In this document: positions 1 to 12,746 of the stretch, one piece after another
Numbering within the stretch: the stretch's first letter is position 1
Layout: every line of letters begins with the position of its first letter
Assembly (NCBI GenBank): GCA_047495785.1
Contig: JBLDXI010000015.1
Location: 806,001 to 870,000 of the forward strand
Length of the DNA: 64,000 bases
Direction of reading: 5' to 3'
From: Lepidodermella squamata
Taxonomy: Eukaryota; Animalia; Gastrotricha
Notes under the pieces: generated by a model
Seen by the model: the letters and a program-made list of their open reading frames with translations, nothing else
Databases searched by the model: none
Told to the model about the DNA's origin: nothing
Program-made: the position numbers and the translations under genes

Positions 1-199
1 CTGTATACCTGTGGAGACACAAACGAAAGAGCCAAATGAAAACAGATGTTTATTGTTAGAAAAACGTTAAATCAATTGCGTCAGGTATAAAAAGCTTTTA
101 CAAAGAACCCACAAGAATATAAACCGCATCGTTACTTCAGCAGCCAACAATAACTACCATGAAGCGATTAGATCCAGGCGAAAGTTTCTTGTGGAAAAT

Positions 200-3014
200 T
201 CAAGCTACATGAGCTTTCTCACGTTCAACGAGACCTTCACAGTTTGTGCAAGATAGTGACGCCTCGTTGACCACAGATTGTAGATGCTGCGACTGCGACA
301 TGGCAGCAGCCGATAACGCTGACGTGATTGTGCTATTTGGCGAGAAAATGTCTTTATTCGTGCCACGCTCCAGCATTTGAACAAAATGAACGGTTTGCTG
401 GCTGTGATGATGCACCACACCGGGCTGGTTTTGCTGCTCTTCGAACTTGTCGTTTTGCTCATCACTCCAGCTGATCTCCTCATTCTGAGCCGTGAAATTC
501 GTCGCCAACAAATTTTTCGGCGGCTCTTGTTTGGTCTCGCGCAACATTTTGACGGCCAGCGCCATAATTGCTCCCAAAATGATCAAGTTGCCGATAATTG
601 AATAAATATCTAAAAACTGCGGTTATCACCAAAAAACTGTCTAGTAGCGCATCAAACCTGGGAAAATGCCGAAAAATGTGATTTGAAAGACCAAGGCAAA
701 GACAGGCATGGTAGATCTTGCAATGCTAACAACACCAGCTTTTTCGTTCTGACAGGCGTAGATTAGCAATGCTTGAGCTGGAAGCGCTGTAAAACCAATC
801 GCCAGAACTATGAGTTTTTGATCGAGACCACATGGCGGCCACCGAGCGACTCCGAGGATGAAAACAAATGGCCACGATATAATTGAGGATAGATAGCTAA
901 ACATGAGCTGCTGACTGGAAAAATGAACTCTGGAAATGGATAATTTTACATCAATTTTCCGTCAAATCAGTTGAAGACTAACGATTTCATTGTCCTCATG
1001 ATGACAGTAGTGAAAGCAGTGGCCAATGCTCCTCCTAGCGCGTAAGCCAGGCCAATCAACCGCTTTTGAAGGCCATCGGTTAGTAGGGAGAAGTCGAAAA
1101 GCCATGAAGGCTGTGCATTTAAAGTTACGCCACAAATGACGGCAAGAGCGCACAGAATTTCTATGAAAATATAATAAATAATCTACGGTTTGTTTCAAAA
1201 TTTCTTACCTGCCATTCCGAATTTTTCTTTTAGAATAATGCGAGCGAAAATACTGCAGAAAATTGGAGCCGCATTTGAAACAACTGTCGCATCACTCAGA
1301 GGAATGTAATCAATAGCCTGGAATGGAACGCTGCTACGAAAAATCGAATAAAAAAGCAAAAATTTACCTGGTAGATGAGTAAAATCGCGAAAGAACTTCC
1401 AATCGACCTCAGCAGCATCGGCCACCATAATCTGAAAAAGAATCGCACATCGTAAAGAGAATCCAACGAAACAGAAAGTTTTAAATTCAGAATTCAGAGG
1501 TCAGGATTCGGCAATTATTAATTTATTAATTTTTGCTAACTTTGTATGTATTTAATTTAGAAATGTGCACGGACATTTTCCCCATAATTTCAAGGTATTT
1601 ATTAATGAGCTTACCTCAATTCATGGCGCTTGAAATACATTGGTTTTTGATAGTAAGCAGCGACAGGAAGGCTGAAAAATTCGACAGGAAATTTCACATT
1701 TAATTCACGAAATTTCAGCGATTTACCAGTAAAAAATGAGCAATGTTTGCCGCCACGCAAATACTTCAACCGGATCGAAATTTTCCTCGAGATACTCCGA
1801 AATCGCGTAGTTAACCGCGGAGAAAAATGCGGAGAAAACCGCGGCTGTGATACCGGCAAGCCGAGCGAAACATGCCATGTTACTAGGCGAAAACAGCCAC
1901 CAATAAATTGCGCCAAGAAACCAGCACGGCTTGCACCCGGCCGCAACTTTGGGCGCTATTCCACCAACGGGTGACATAAGGCCCAAATCGACCAATGACG
2001 GCGGTGGTGGTGACACAACGCGGCTAGTTACCACGGCCATACTAGGATCATCAACGCTGGTTAGTTTGAATTTTGAGCCATTTACTGATGACGAGCCGTA
2101 GCCTGTTTCGTCGACGTAGTAAGTTTTGTGGTTGCTGTTGTTGGTAACATTTTGAGAAGCTGGATCGTCGGTAATAGGGCCGGAAGACGCTTTGAGCAGA
2201 GCGGCCTGTTCGTCATCTTGCAGCCGTCGGCAAGCTTTCAGAATTTCATCCTAGCAGGAGAATAAATTGAAAAATCAAGAAAAATAAACCAAATTTAGCG
2301 AATCAATCGATAATTTTATTAAATTTTTGGAAACTTCCGAAATTGTGGCGGGTCCCTCAGTGGTTTCCAAGCTTGGAAAAAGGTTCAGCTTAGGATTTCG
2401 AGCTTCGTAAAAGATTCAGGCGATATTCAGAAAGCTACTTGATAGTGAGATGAAGATTTAAATCCCGACCTCCAGCATTAATATCATTTTTGGGGAAAAT
2501 TTTCATTTTGCTGCCAAGTTATCATGTTCTTGTGGAATAAAAAAATAAATTCGTCACAGTTGACTGATTTTTTCTAAAGCAAACATTCGCTTTAACTGAA
2601 ATTACTTACCTGAAATTGGTTATGCAATCTCTGACAAGATCCGTTGCCATTGTGGCTCCGACACCCGCCGTTGCCATGGTTAACATCATGCAAGTGATCT
2701 GGGTCGTGGCTCCTCCTTTGCCTTAGCTCGGCCCGTTCCGATTTAACATGCTCAACGGCTAAATGCTTCGCGCATGGTAGAACTTCAGGCGCAGCAGCTT
2801 CACCGTTGATAGGCTTCATGAGCAAGCCTTCGAATCCCGAGGAAGATTCACTTGGGGTAACACCGTTGGTGTGATTTTCGGGATCAGCATGGCAATCGGT
2901 GTGGTCCAATGAGCCGTTACTCGCTAAGGAGTAGGAGGCGGGTAGGTGGAGCCGTTGCTGGGTGCTCAACTTGTACCATCCAGACGGAGGGCCATTAGCT
3001 GGTGATTCCTCCAT
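200..3014 (-). CDS. SLC35G/EamA (DMT superfamily) membrane transporter, 8 exons
   Basis: Exons 3014-2610, 2250-1727, 1671-1615, 1431-1368, 1317-1209, 1160-983, 929-658 and 609-200 have GT-AG boundaries and join in frame. EamA motifs: 'AIDYIPLSDATVVSNAAPIFCSIFARIILKEK' and 'ACQNEKAGVVSIARSTMPVFALVFQITFFG'. Confidence 0.85.
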
Positions 3015-4446
3015 GTTCCGTTATTATATTAATTTGTATATTTTACCTAATAAATGAGCGGAAATTCCATCAGATCAAACTAAACGCGATATACATTTAA
3101 AACAAATCGCAGTCGCAGAAAATGATTAATAAAATCAGCTGAAAAATGCAAACAATTTCTGAAAAACTTTCTAAAAAATGAGGAGGAAACCGGTTAAAAA
3201 AATGAGGAAAATTTCAAAATAATGGATAATTCAAAATTAAATACTTTTAATATTTTCATACTTTAAAAACTAAACGATTCATAGCATGACACAACAATTT
3301 TAAATTCCCGCTCGCTGAAAATGAGGTGAAATGTCCATAAATAGGATAGAAAATATAGAAGTGACCTGAAAATTCGGCATTTTATGTCTAATTTCAAGTA
3401 TCAGTCGGAAATAAATTGAGAAAATATAAAAAACTTGAATAATAATTGTCCAAAACTAGGTGTTTCCCAATTTTCGTACTTCGGTTGATTTGTAGCAATA
3501 GTGTTGTTAAGTTAGACGAAATTGTTCTAAAATTATGGCTCTATCTTTGACCTTCATAACAATATAATGCGCTGATATTTTCTCAAGAATTTAAGCAAAC
3601 AATGAGCTTGCAATTGAGACGCGTGGTGGGCCATCGCAATGCCTTCTGGTTCGCCTGTGCACATGAAGAAGTGTTTTTAGGTCAACGCAATGACGCATGT
3701 CAGTTACAGCGCCGCGCGGCGTAATACACGACTCATCTGCGTATCACCACATTATTTCACGTGTTGGCAGGTGATAAAGATTAAATGATGGCTGCATGAA
3801 AGCAATCATGGCTAATGCGAGAAGAAAGGACAGACTTGAAGACTTTTTAACAATTCGAATTGCCAAATTTTTCAATTTCAATCTGACTAGAATAAAATTC
3901 TAGCAAAAAATCATTGGAAATTACACCTCAATATTGTATTTTCATATAAATTTTTAGCTCGTGAACCTATTTTTTTATTTTTGTTTGTCGAATTATCTCA
4001 AATTAAGAATTTGCATTGTGACAAATTTTTTATACCCAATTTCCAGTGATCCTTAATATCTCCTAATGAACACACTTATTGCTATTGCCTTTGAGCGTAT
4101 TTTCGATTTTTTTTGAAGCGGTGTCAATCCATAAATTAAGAAAAAATGAAAGTGAATCGAATTGAAATGTTTGAAATATTGCTTTCCTGTATAAACATGC
4201 GCCGCAATACCGTATTCGGAAATCGAACCAGAAATAGGGATGTGGCATTTTTCTGAGCTTTTAGTCTTTTATGACTTTCTTGGAACTTTCTCCGCGCCAT
4301 TCTACTTGAGATTTTTTCAATTTTTTGAAGTCAAGGCAAAGGATTCCTAATTAGCTCTTCACTTTATTGTCATTAAACTAAAATTAGTCGATCACAAGTG
4401 TTTTGAGAAGTCATTGAGGAAATGTTTCTTTCATAGAGTTCTTGAT

Positions 4447-5727
4447 TTAGATGTCCTTCTTCTCGGTCTTGACCGGGGCAGAGAAGGCCGGCAGGCAGCG
4501 GTGGCTCTTGTTCAGGGTGATCATCTGCTCCGGGGTGAGGCGGGGCAGGGCAGCTTCGACGCAGAGAACGCCCTCAGGGGTGAAGTACGACTTCAGCTCG
4601 AGCTTGGCAATATCGGCAGCAGCCAGGCCGAGTTCGGTCGGGAAGAAGTACTTGCGCTCGTAGGTGCGCTTGACGGCGTGCTCCTTGGGCGACTCCTTGA
4701 CGTCATGGCTAGCCAGGACTTCGATGTAAGCCGGGTTGGCCTTCGAGTAGAGGCTGTAAAATAAAATTAAGAATTCAAATCAAAACCTCAAAAAGGTTCC
4801 TGGAGCTTTGGAAACAATGATTGCAGCGGAAAAAGCTGATTAAAGGTTCCAAAAAGGTCCAGAGAGCTTGGAAAATGGTTCAAGCGAACTTACGTAACAG
4901 TGACCTCCTCGGGCTTGAAGCTGGGCAGATCGAAGCACAAGTACAGGCTGCGGTTGCCCTGGGCGTCGAAGCGGATCGGGTTCTGGAAGGTGAAGTATTC
5001 GATCGACGAGGTCGGGCGGCTGGGCAGCTGCGACATGGTCGAGGTGAACGACTTGCCGGTGCCAGTCTTGTTCGACTCGTACTTGTTGGCGAGCTCGAAC
5101 ATCTTGCCAACGGTGTACAGGTCACGCTCGACTTCCTTGTCGAACAGCTTCTCGAGCTTGGCGAGCTCGCTGAACAGACCAGTCGGGGTGTTGAAGCTGG
5201 TCAGGCCACCTAAATAATCAGAGATCAACCAACTGAAGTTTTATCAACCAGGCACTTACCGAAGCCGGTCCAGGGCTTGGCATCGAATCCACCTGAAAAT
5301 ATAAAGCTTGAAAAAGGTTCCATACTAGCTTTTGCCTGATCTTACCGAAGGTGGTCGGGTAGCCGTAGGTCGAGGGGAATCCACCGAAGGTGGTCGGGAA
5401 ACCACCGAAGGTCGACGGAACAGCACCGAAGGTCGACGGGACACCACCGAAGGTCGACGGAACACCACCGAAGGTCGACGGAACACCGGACCAGGTTCCG
5501 AAGTTGCCGCCGAAGGTCGAGGGAAGAGCGTTGTAGCCGGCGAAGTTGGTCGGGAATCCACCGAAGTTGGCCGGGTAGCTGGTCGAGGTCGACGGGAAGC
5601 CACCGAAGGTCGAGGGGAAACCGCCGAAAGCGGCAACCTCAGCTGGGTTGAAAGAAGAGCCGAACTTCTCGAAACCAGTGAAGGTCGAGGCCGGGGCGTA
5701 GGCTGGCTTGAAAGAGCAGGACGACAT
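4447..5727 (-). CDS. Small heat-shock protein (alpha-crystallin domain) with N-terminal PSTFGG repeats, 4 exons
   Basis: Exons 5727-5346, 5292-5260, 5209-4894, 4753-4447. The spliced C-terminus 'FDLPSFKPEEVTVTL...IEVLASH...KRTYERKYFFP...LKSYFTPEGVLCVEAALP' matches the alpha-crystallin domain. Strong C/G third-position codon bias. Confidence 0.85.
5346..5630 (-). repeat. Coding 21-bp tandem repeat (PSTFGGV/F heptapeptide)
   Basis: Repeated ccgaaggtcgacggaacacca-like units on the + strand; about ten P[ST]TFGG-like units. Confidence 0.9.
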
Positions 5728-5852
5728 GTTTACTAGCAGGGAGGAATATTAAACGAGGAAAGAATTTGAATATCGAAAAAGTTGAATGATGAATGAAAGG
5801 AGTGAGAGAGGCTGTTTTAAAGCCGGTGTGGCAGGTGTTACGTAACCGGCGC

Positions 5853-5868
5853 TTTTCCAGAAAAATCG
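5853..5868 (-). promoter_or_regulatory. Possible imperfect heat-shock element upstream of the sHSP gene
   Basis: TTC-ca-GAA-aa-ATC (inverted nGAAn units, third unit imperfect), about 35 bp upstream of a TTTAAAA TATA-like sequence at ~5815-5821. Confidence 0.3.
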
Positions 5869-6023
5869 CTCGCGACCGCACGCGACTTGAGTCGCGTGTG
5901 TCACTTCACAATAGCCACTAATGAATCGTTTAAAAATAACTTTATTCAAAAAATATTGATTAGCTCAGCAAAAAATAAAGCAGAAGAATAAAATGAACTT
6001 TTTGCTCGGTTTTTTGGCCAACT

Positions 6024-7684
6024 TTAATATTGTTGAGTATAATTTCCATTTTGATCCTGATCGCTGGGTGAATTGCTGGCGTTTGAAGTGCTGTTCATAG
6101 CTTCGAGTCTTGCAAATGACGCAGCTGTTCGATAGGATTTGCTCTTGTTCGTCAAGCACAGATCTCGCAAGACATGCTTTCGAAGGCTTGATTTTGTCGT
6201 AAAATAAGAAAGACACACATTGCACTTGTGCGGAGACACCCCTGAAACACACACATTGTTCTGAATCTAATTCAGATGAATAGGGTTTTCTTAGTACCTG
6301 AGTGGCGTATGTTGTGACGTCTGAGGTCGTCCATTCGGCGAAACTTTTTGTCGCACTTGTCACAGCCGTATGGCAGAAGATTCTTGTGAATCATGATGTG
6401 AACATCGAGGCTGTAAAGAAATGACAAGATTATATATTAGCGCCATTGTCGAGGTGATTTCTGGAACATAGACCAGCTTTCCCTATCATCCCTTTGAACC
6501 TTTCTCGAAGTTCTAAGATATTATGGGCTTGTTTTTCCTGCCTTCGAAGGTTTAATTGAACCCTCTAACAGCTTTGCCAATCTCACAGGAACCTTTTTCC
6601 AAGTGGTATATATAAACCACAGATATTTTTGAGATTTCAGGCATCATGCCAAACAATTCTGACACATTTCCTGTGACAGGTAAAGGATGCAATTCGCAAT
6701 CAACGTACCTGTACTTTCTTGTGAATGTGCGGCCACAAATATCACATGCATACGGTCGGTACGACGGGTCGTGCGTTCGCATGTGTGAAATGCGATGCGT
6801 AGCCTGGCGAAAAGAAGCTGGGCATTGGTCGCACTTGTACGGCTTCTCGCCCGTATGAATTCGCATATGCACTTCGCATGTTTGGCGGTCGGCGAATTGC
6901 TTGAAACACTCGATGCATTCGTAGAAGCGGAAGCCAGTTGACGCGCTCATCAACGATGCAATATCCTCATTATCACGCTCATTATCGTCGTCTTGCTCTT
7001 CTTCAACTTCATTGTAGTCCATCGACGTTGAAGGCGTAATTGTAGGCGTTGGCGACGTGAGAATCCTTGCATGAGGTATCGTTTGAGAGTACGAAGGGGC
7101 GCTCAAGTCGAGGATTTGACACTCGGGTGGAATCGACCTTTGAAAATGGTAAATATGCTTGATTTATTTTCACAAAGCATCTACAAACCCATCCCCAAGA
7201 TACATAGTTTCAGAAAAAAGTTCTCCAAGTTGTGAAGTACTTGAGACCCCCCTAGATTTCGAATGTATTTGGCTTACGTTGAAAATTGTAGATTTTGGCT
7301 GTGGCTTTGGTTTGATTCATCCACCATTGGCATGGCAAGTCTAAACACCGGCGACATCATTTCATAAAACTGCTGCGACTCATCTTCATCAATATCTTGC
7401 TCATCTCCAAGCATTTTAGCTAATCCTTCACAGTTTTTCACGAAGAGAGGCCCGCTCGTTTTGCTGACTGCATCGAACAAGGTGTCATAGCTTTGCACAT
7501 TCGCTTCAGTATCAGGAGAAGGTGTTGTAGGGATGGAACTTGTCAGTATCGGAACTGTCGGCTTGTTCAATCGATGAGTTGCATTCTTATGCCGCATCAG
7601 CATGCTCCGATCCGCAAAGAACAGCCCGCAATCGCGGCATATCACAATTTCTTCATTATGAAGCTGCTCTTTGTAATAAGCCAT
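6024..7684 (-). CDS. C2H2 zinc-finger transcription factor (cluster member A), 4 exons
   Basis: Exons 7684-7278, 7137-6709, 6410-6298, 6241-6024. N-terminal single finger 'VICRDCGLFF...HKNATH', an ILDLS motif, then a finger array with an HTGEKPY linker. Confidence 0.85.
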
Positions 7685-9389
7685 ATTCAACAGGTCTATT
7701 AAACAATGTGAGATATAAACGCAGCTTAATAATGCAATAATGACAAAAATGATGAGAGCAACCGGGCTAAGTAGCTTGTTGAAGCGGAGAGCATGATAGT
7801 AGTGGTATTTAACTAATAGTTGAGATTCACGCAGCCACGTCTTAAATGGCTTGAGTGCGTTTGCGACAACATATGTACAACGCATCATTAGCGCGGAGCA
7901 TGTTTTCATGGCTTTGCATAGGCTCGAACACTCAGGAAAATGAGACTTGAAAATGTGCCGGAAAATATAACAAAGCAATCATATAGCTTGATGAGTCTCT
8001 TGAGTAACGCTAAGAAAAAAACTGTAACAGAGAGATAGATGGCGAGTAAAACTTCAAAAATTATCGAAAATTTATCCAGTCTCATTTGAAAAAAAGACTA
8101 AAAATTAATGCAACTTGCCGAGCGAAATGATGCTTCTGTTCTAACTGGGTAAAGCCTGATTAAAAATGAAAAACTAAGATTGTACTAGTTTCAAGACACT
8201 TCATGACAATATTCATATTCCTCAAACTGTCATCCTAGTGATTTCAGGACCCGTGTATAAAAAGCATCTTTCTGGTCTATGCTTTGACGGAAATGAAGGA
8301 TGATCTTCTCGCACAAGCGCAAAGTTACGACGAAAGCCATCCTACCGCGAGATTTTTTGATTGTCACTGAGATGATGAGATATCAATAACCCATGCAATG
8401 CTGGAGAAGGAATCCTTTTCGTAGTTTGGAATGTTTTTCAGGTTTTGATCAATTTTGATCTGCTTAAAAAGGAGGATGTGAAAATGCTATGCAGCTATGT
8501 GGAAGTTATTTTGGTGTTATTTGTAGTTAAAAAAAGCTCGTGTAAATTTTATCACTGTATATTCTTATATCGAGCTGCATGATGAGTTTTTTCCTTAGCT
8601 ACAACGCAACATAAGCCTTTTACACTAGAACGACTGGCATCGAGTTGCGCCGTGGCCTTCGTCATGAAAGTTTTAAGATATTATGCGGTGGCCGCGCGCA
8701 AGCAGGCGCAGCTGACGAGTGCAGGCCTCTCTGTTGTACACGAAACATGAAGCAACACAGGCATTTTTGATGCTACGATCTCAGCAGGCTATAAGCTAAA
8801 AAGTAGCAGTGACTCAAGTGAAAAGAATACTGACAGCTGCGTAGTATAGACCCAGGTAACGCTGGCAACGTAAGCAACGCAGGTAACAAGCGTTACGGTA
8901 TCATCTTAACATTGAGTTCCTAATTAACTTTTCATGATCAACTACAGTCAACTACAGGCTTAAAGCATGAGCCGTCGACAAAGATAATTGTTGTGTTACA
9001 CGCAACAATCAATGTAGAAGATAAATGGGCATGCCAAAACGCCGCACCGATCGCAAAATAATCTCCATTACTTTACGGCACTTCTTACTAACCTATGTTT
9101 GACAGGGCAGAGCGCCTCCTTGCCATGTTATGAGTCGTTGTAAAAACTACTTTGAGGATGCCTTAACGGGTGTCTAAAGATAAATCCTAGCCAATTTTGG
9201 TAATCTTTCGCGCTCTTGCTCTGAATAAATACATGCTATTAGAAGCAATTTTGGGGAATCTTGCTACCTTTCGATCATCCTAAGCTCGTTCAATCTCTGA
9301 GTACTCGCGTACAGTTTTCCCGCCACCCAGCGTTAATAGTGATTACTTTTGTATGCAAAGTTTAGGAGGATCGATGGGTTAACCGCAAG

Positions 9390-9548
9390 CAGGGGCGTAA
9401 CTAAGGCCGCCCCCCCTCCCAGCTGGGGAAAATGGAGATACCATAGAGGGACCCTTTGGTCCGAAAAATTCGGGGCCGAAAATACCTGAAAACAATGTGC
9501 TGGCCCCAAGGCTGGCCCTCCAGTTCAGTAGACCTAGTTACGCCACTG
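9390..9548. mobile_element. hAT-like MITE
   Basis: Ends caggggcgtaacta...tagttacgccactg form imperfect TIRs. Flanks accgcaag / cccgcaag are an 8-bp TSD with one mismatch. Confidence 0.7.
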
Positions 9549-10307
9549 CCCGCAAGATTCCCAACAGTTTTGTTGAGTTTTGGAGGCGGAACCCAGCATC
9601 GCAGCACAGCTTTCCCCAAAATTTGCTGTAATTATTCGTCGAAGTATTTGTATTTTCGCACGAAAAAACTTGGCTTTTTGATATTTTCCTCTTGATTGCA
9701 TACAAAACAAATTAAGCTTGAATTTTGAATCCGACACCTTTAATAGCTTCATCTACAGGCTACATAATCTGCGACTCGGTTAATAATGGTTGCGCTATGC
9801 TATAATTTGTTGTTAAGCGTGCTAAACCTTTCATTTTTTTGTGATGTTTATAAGGATTTCAAGCAGGTTAGCGACGCAGCGTAACGACCCAGTTTTCTAA
9901 TTTTTATTCTTTAAAGGGCTGTGATCGAGCTCAAATAATAAATTTCTTAACAGAATTATAGTCCGAAACAAATTGCGATCTATTTTGCTGATGCTAATTC
10001 TTCATTTTCATTTAATGTTATTTTATTTTGCTTTGATGGGTCATTGGTCGTTTGCGATATACTTCCATGGTTAAATAGATTATAAAACACAGGTAATATT
10101 CCAGCATCGCCAGATGCATCTTTATTTCCAACTATTTATTATTAACCAGCCTTTGTAACAGACAAGCTGCCCTCTCCTTGGCTTCACAGTCACAGCTTTT
10201 GAACAAATAAATGAATGTTGCGCCACCGGAATCCCCAGATGGCGAAAATATGACTAATCGGGCAAACTTCGAATTTACTCATCTAGCTGACGACCATAAA
10301 TGTTGCG

Positions 10308-11469
10308 ATGAAGGCCTTGCTTTGTCTCATCGTTTTTTCCCTTGGAATCTGGGCTCCTTCCAGAGCCGAAATCACTGGTGAGTAAAAAATAGTTGCTTGA
10401 TTCAGTATACTTCCCAATTTCATAGATTCAAAATCTTCTGTAAAGTGCGGCATTCCCGAGGAATTCGCTGAAATCAAAACAGGGGATCAACCCACACTCA
10501 ACAAGCAATGGCCATGGCAGGTAAAATCGCCAATTTTTGAAAGGCAGCGCACTATATTTCACACTTTTCAGGTGGCAATTCACAGCGAATATCGCGATCG
10601 GTATCCATGCGCTGGCGTTCTCATCAGCGATCGTCATGTGGTTACCGGTGCGAACTGTTTTGGTTTCCACGCTGAAAAGTGAGCCCTTGATCCTATAATG
10701 ATCATTTCCTAAAATTTGTGATTCTCCCTAGGCTTCCGATGAGTAACTTTCAAGTTGTCATTGGTCGTACAAATCAGAAAGACAATTCCACCGGTATAAT
10801 TCGATCAATCGCCAAGAATTCCATCCATTATAAATGTCAGTTTAGCTAGATCACTACATGATCATTTCATAAATATTCGCTTGTTTAACAGATGACGAAT
10901 TGGTAAACAAGCCGATTTACGACTCCGACATCGCTTTGATCACGCTCGTTATGCCAGTCCCGGCTAGCTACGCTCCTGTATGCCTTCCTAAAGCCGGAGA
11001 AGACCTGTCCATCGAAGACATCTTTGTTCTAACGGCTTATGATCACGTCAACTTTTCAGTTAACACTTTGCATTATCAGCAATTGCACGTGATTTCCAAC
11101 GCCGAATGTCAGGCACTCGATGTGAAATTGGAAGGCGCGATTTCCGAAAATATGGTGAGTACTTCTGGCTATTAGAATTACTTCGATATGTTCCCTGTCC
11201 AATTTCCCTTAGATTTGTGTTGCTCCAGAGCAAGAAATTTGCTATGGTGTCACAGGATCAGCTTTGGTTAGTCGCACCAGCGGAAGTCACTACACCCTAT
11301 ACGGCTTTGTTTCACATGGTGAGCAATTGAGGATTGAGGGTGAACCTTAATACGAGAGACAATATTTCATTTAATAGGGTATGGGAGATGCGCAAGCAAG
11401 TTCAGCCCTCTGATGTTTACGCGAATCAGCAGCTTTCTGGAATGGATTCACAATGAGATGGACCACTGA
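10308..11469 (+). CDS. Secreted trypsin-family (S1) serine protease homolog, probably non-catalytic, 7 exons
   Basis: Signal peptide MKALLCLIVFSLGIWAPSRA. Spliced motifs QWPWQV, CAGVLISDRHVVTGANC (TAAHC site), DIAL, PVCLP, ICYGVTGSALV (GDSGGP site) and FTRISSFLEWI. Stop TGA at 11467-11469. Confidence 0.8.
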
Positions 11470-12265
11470 CAGATATTCAGAACATTTTGAGTTATTTCCA
11501 TACACTTGAAATTTGCTAATAAAACTTGCCTAAGCTGTTATTGATTCGTGAGGAATTTCCTCTTGTGTCTTAGCTAATTTACCTTTCAGAATTTTTAATC
11601 GATTGAGAGTTATCTGTGGAAAGTTTCAACCGGTCATCGCAGATGAGAATATAATATAATAGCCGTAGAAAAATGAAGAGGATAAGTTTTTGAGAGCTTT
11701 TTTCCAGTCAATTGGCAGCAATTGGTGCCAACGAGCTCGAGAAAGATCCTGCTCTTCACCTAGCCGAAGCTCAATGTTTGGCATCAGTAAGCTGTGAACT
11801 TCGACCACTGGAAACCCTTGGACCCATGAAATCCATGCATGCTCTTTGATTCGCCTGTCTAAGAACAGCTTGATTTCAGAGTCGTATAGTTCTTCTCATA
11901 ACCTGATTTCCCACTCGCAGTTGTAGATGAGCATAACTTGTTTAAGCTCAGCAAAATATTTGAAATTTGACCTGTTTACATATTCCAGTCGTGACAACCA
12001 CATATGTAGTTGGGTTCTGAAGCTTTTCATGCTTCATTGATTACACCTTTCAAGGTCAAAACCGCTTTTGGCAACAAATAAAAAACAAACGAGATAAACT
12101 CGAAACTGTGGACTCAAACAAATGCGATAAATACAAATATACGAAATACAAAATACTTGTGAACTTGTTAAGAGGACGAATGAATCAGTACTTTTAGTGT
12201 GAAGGTTTCGAAAACATGAGTCTAAACTACCAAGAACCAAAATAACCGACAATATAGAATGCTTA

Positions 12266-12558
12266 CAGTGGCGTAACCAGATGGTTGTTTTGGTTGTTCA
12301 AACAACTATTACCAAAATGAAAACTCAAAAACCCCTCGTCGGCCTAATTTCTCTAAAAAATGGCTAAAATTGTTTAAAACGTGGAGGATATGTTTGCAAA
12401 ATCGCCACACATTTTCGCGCTTCGCTCAAAATCCCGATAATGTTGATATTTCCTATTGAAAATCTGCACTAGTCGACCTTGGATTATTCCGGGAAACATT
12501 CAATTTTCATCCTGAGATCTATAACAACTACCAAAAGAATTTCCTGGTTACGTCTCTG
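12266..12558. mobile_element. hAT-like MITE related to the 9390 element
   Basis: Ends cagtggcgtaaccag...ctggttacgtctctg; degenerate 8-bp flanks aatgctta / attggtta. Confidence 0.55.
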
Positions 12559-12746
12559 ATTGGTTATATCTGGAATCTGGAATTTGAACATTCGAAAAAT
12601 TGAAAACAAACTTTGGACGTAAAATGAATCACACTGCTAATACGATTTTATTTACAAATTATTTAATTTTTTTCTGTCAATAAATTTTCATGATGATTTA
12701 TTTACAAATGAATACTTGATATACTTGAATGACTATGAAACAACAA

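Noticed and set aside
5346-5630. 21-bp repeats as a possible CRISPR-like array
   Set aside because: The repeats are contiguous with no unique spacers, encode a peptide repeat, and the DNA is eukaryotic.
4414-5736. Long + strand and alternative-frame ORFs over the sHSP gene
   Set aside because: They are antisense and frame shadows of a GC3-biased repetitive coding sequence; the spliced minus-strand frame explains the region.
7685-7978. Hydrophobic N-terminal extension of ORF 7274..7978
   Set aside because: It depends on a non-ATG start; paralogs begin just before the first finger, so ATG 7684 is preferred.
11640-12030. Coding-like minus-strand patch, with similar patches at 16.2-16.5 kb and 20.6-21.6 kb
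   Set aside because: Interrupted by stops and lacking any motif I can assign; possibly decayed transposon sequence but not supportable.
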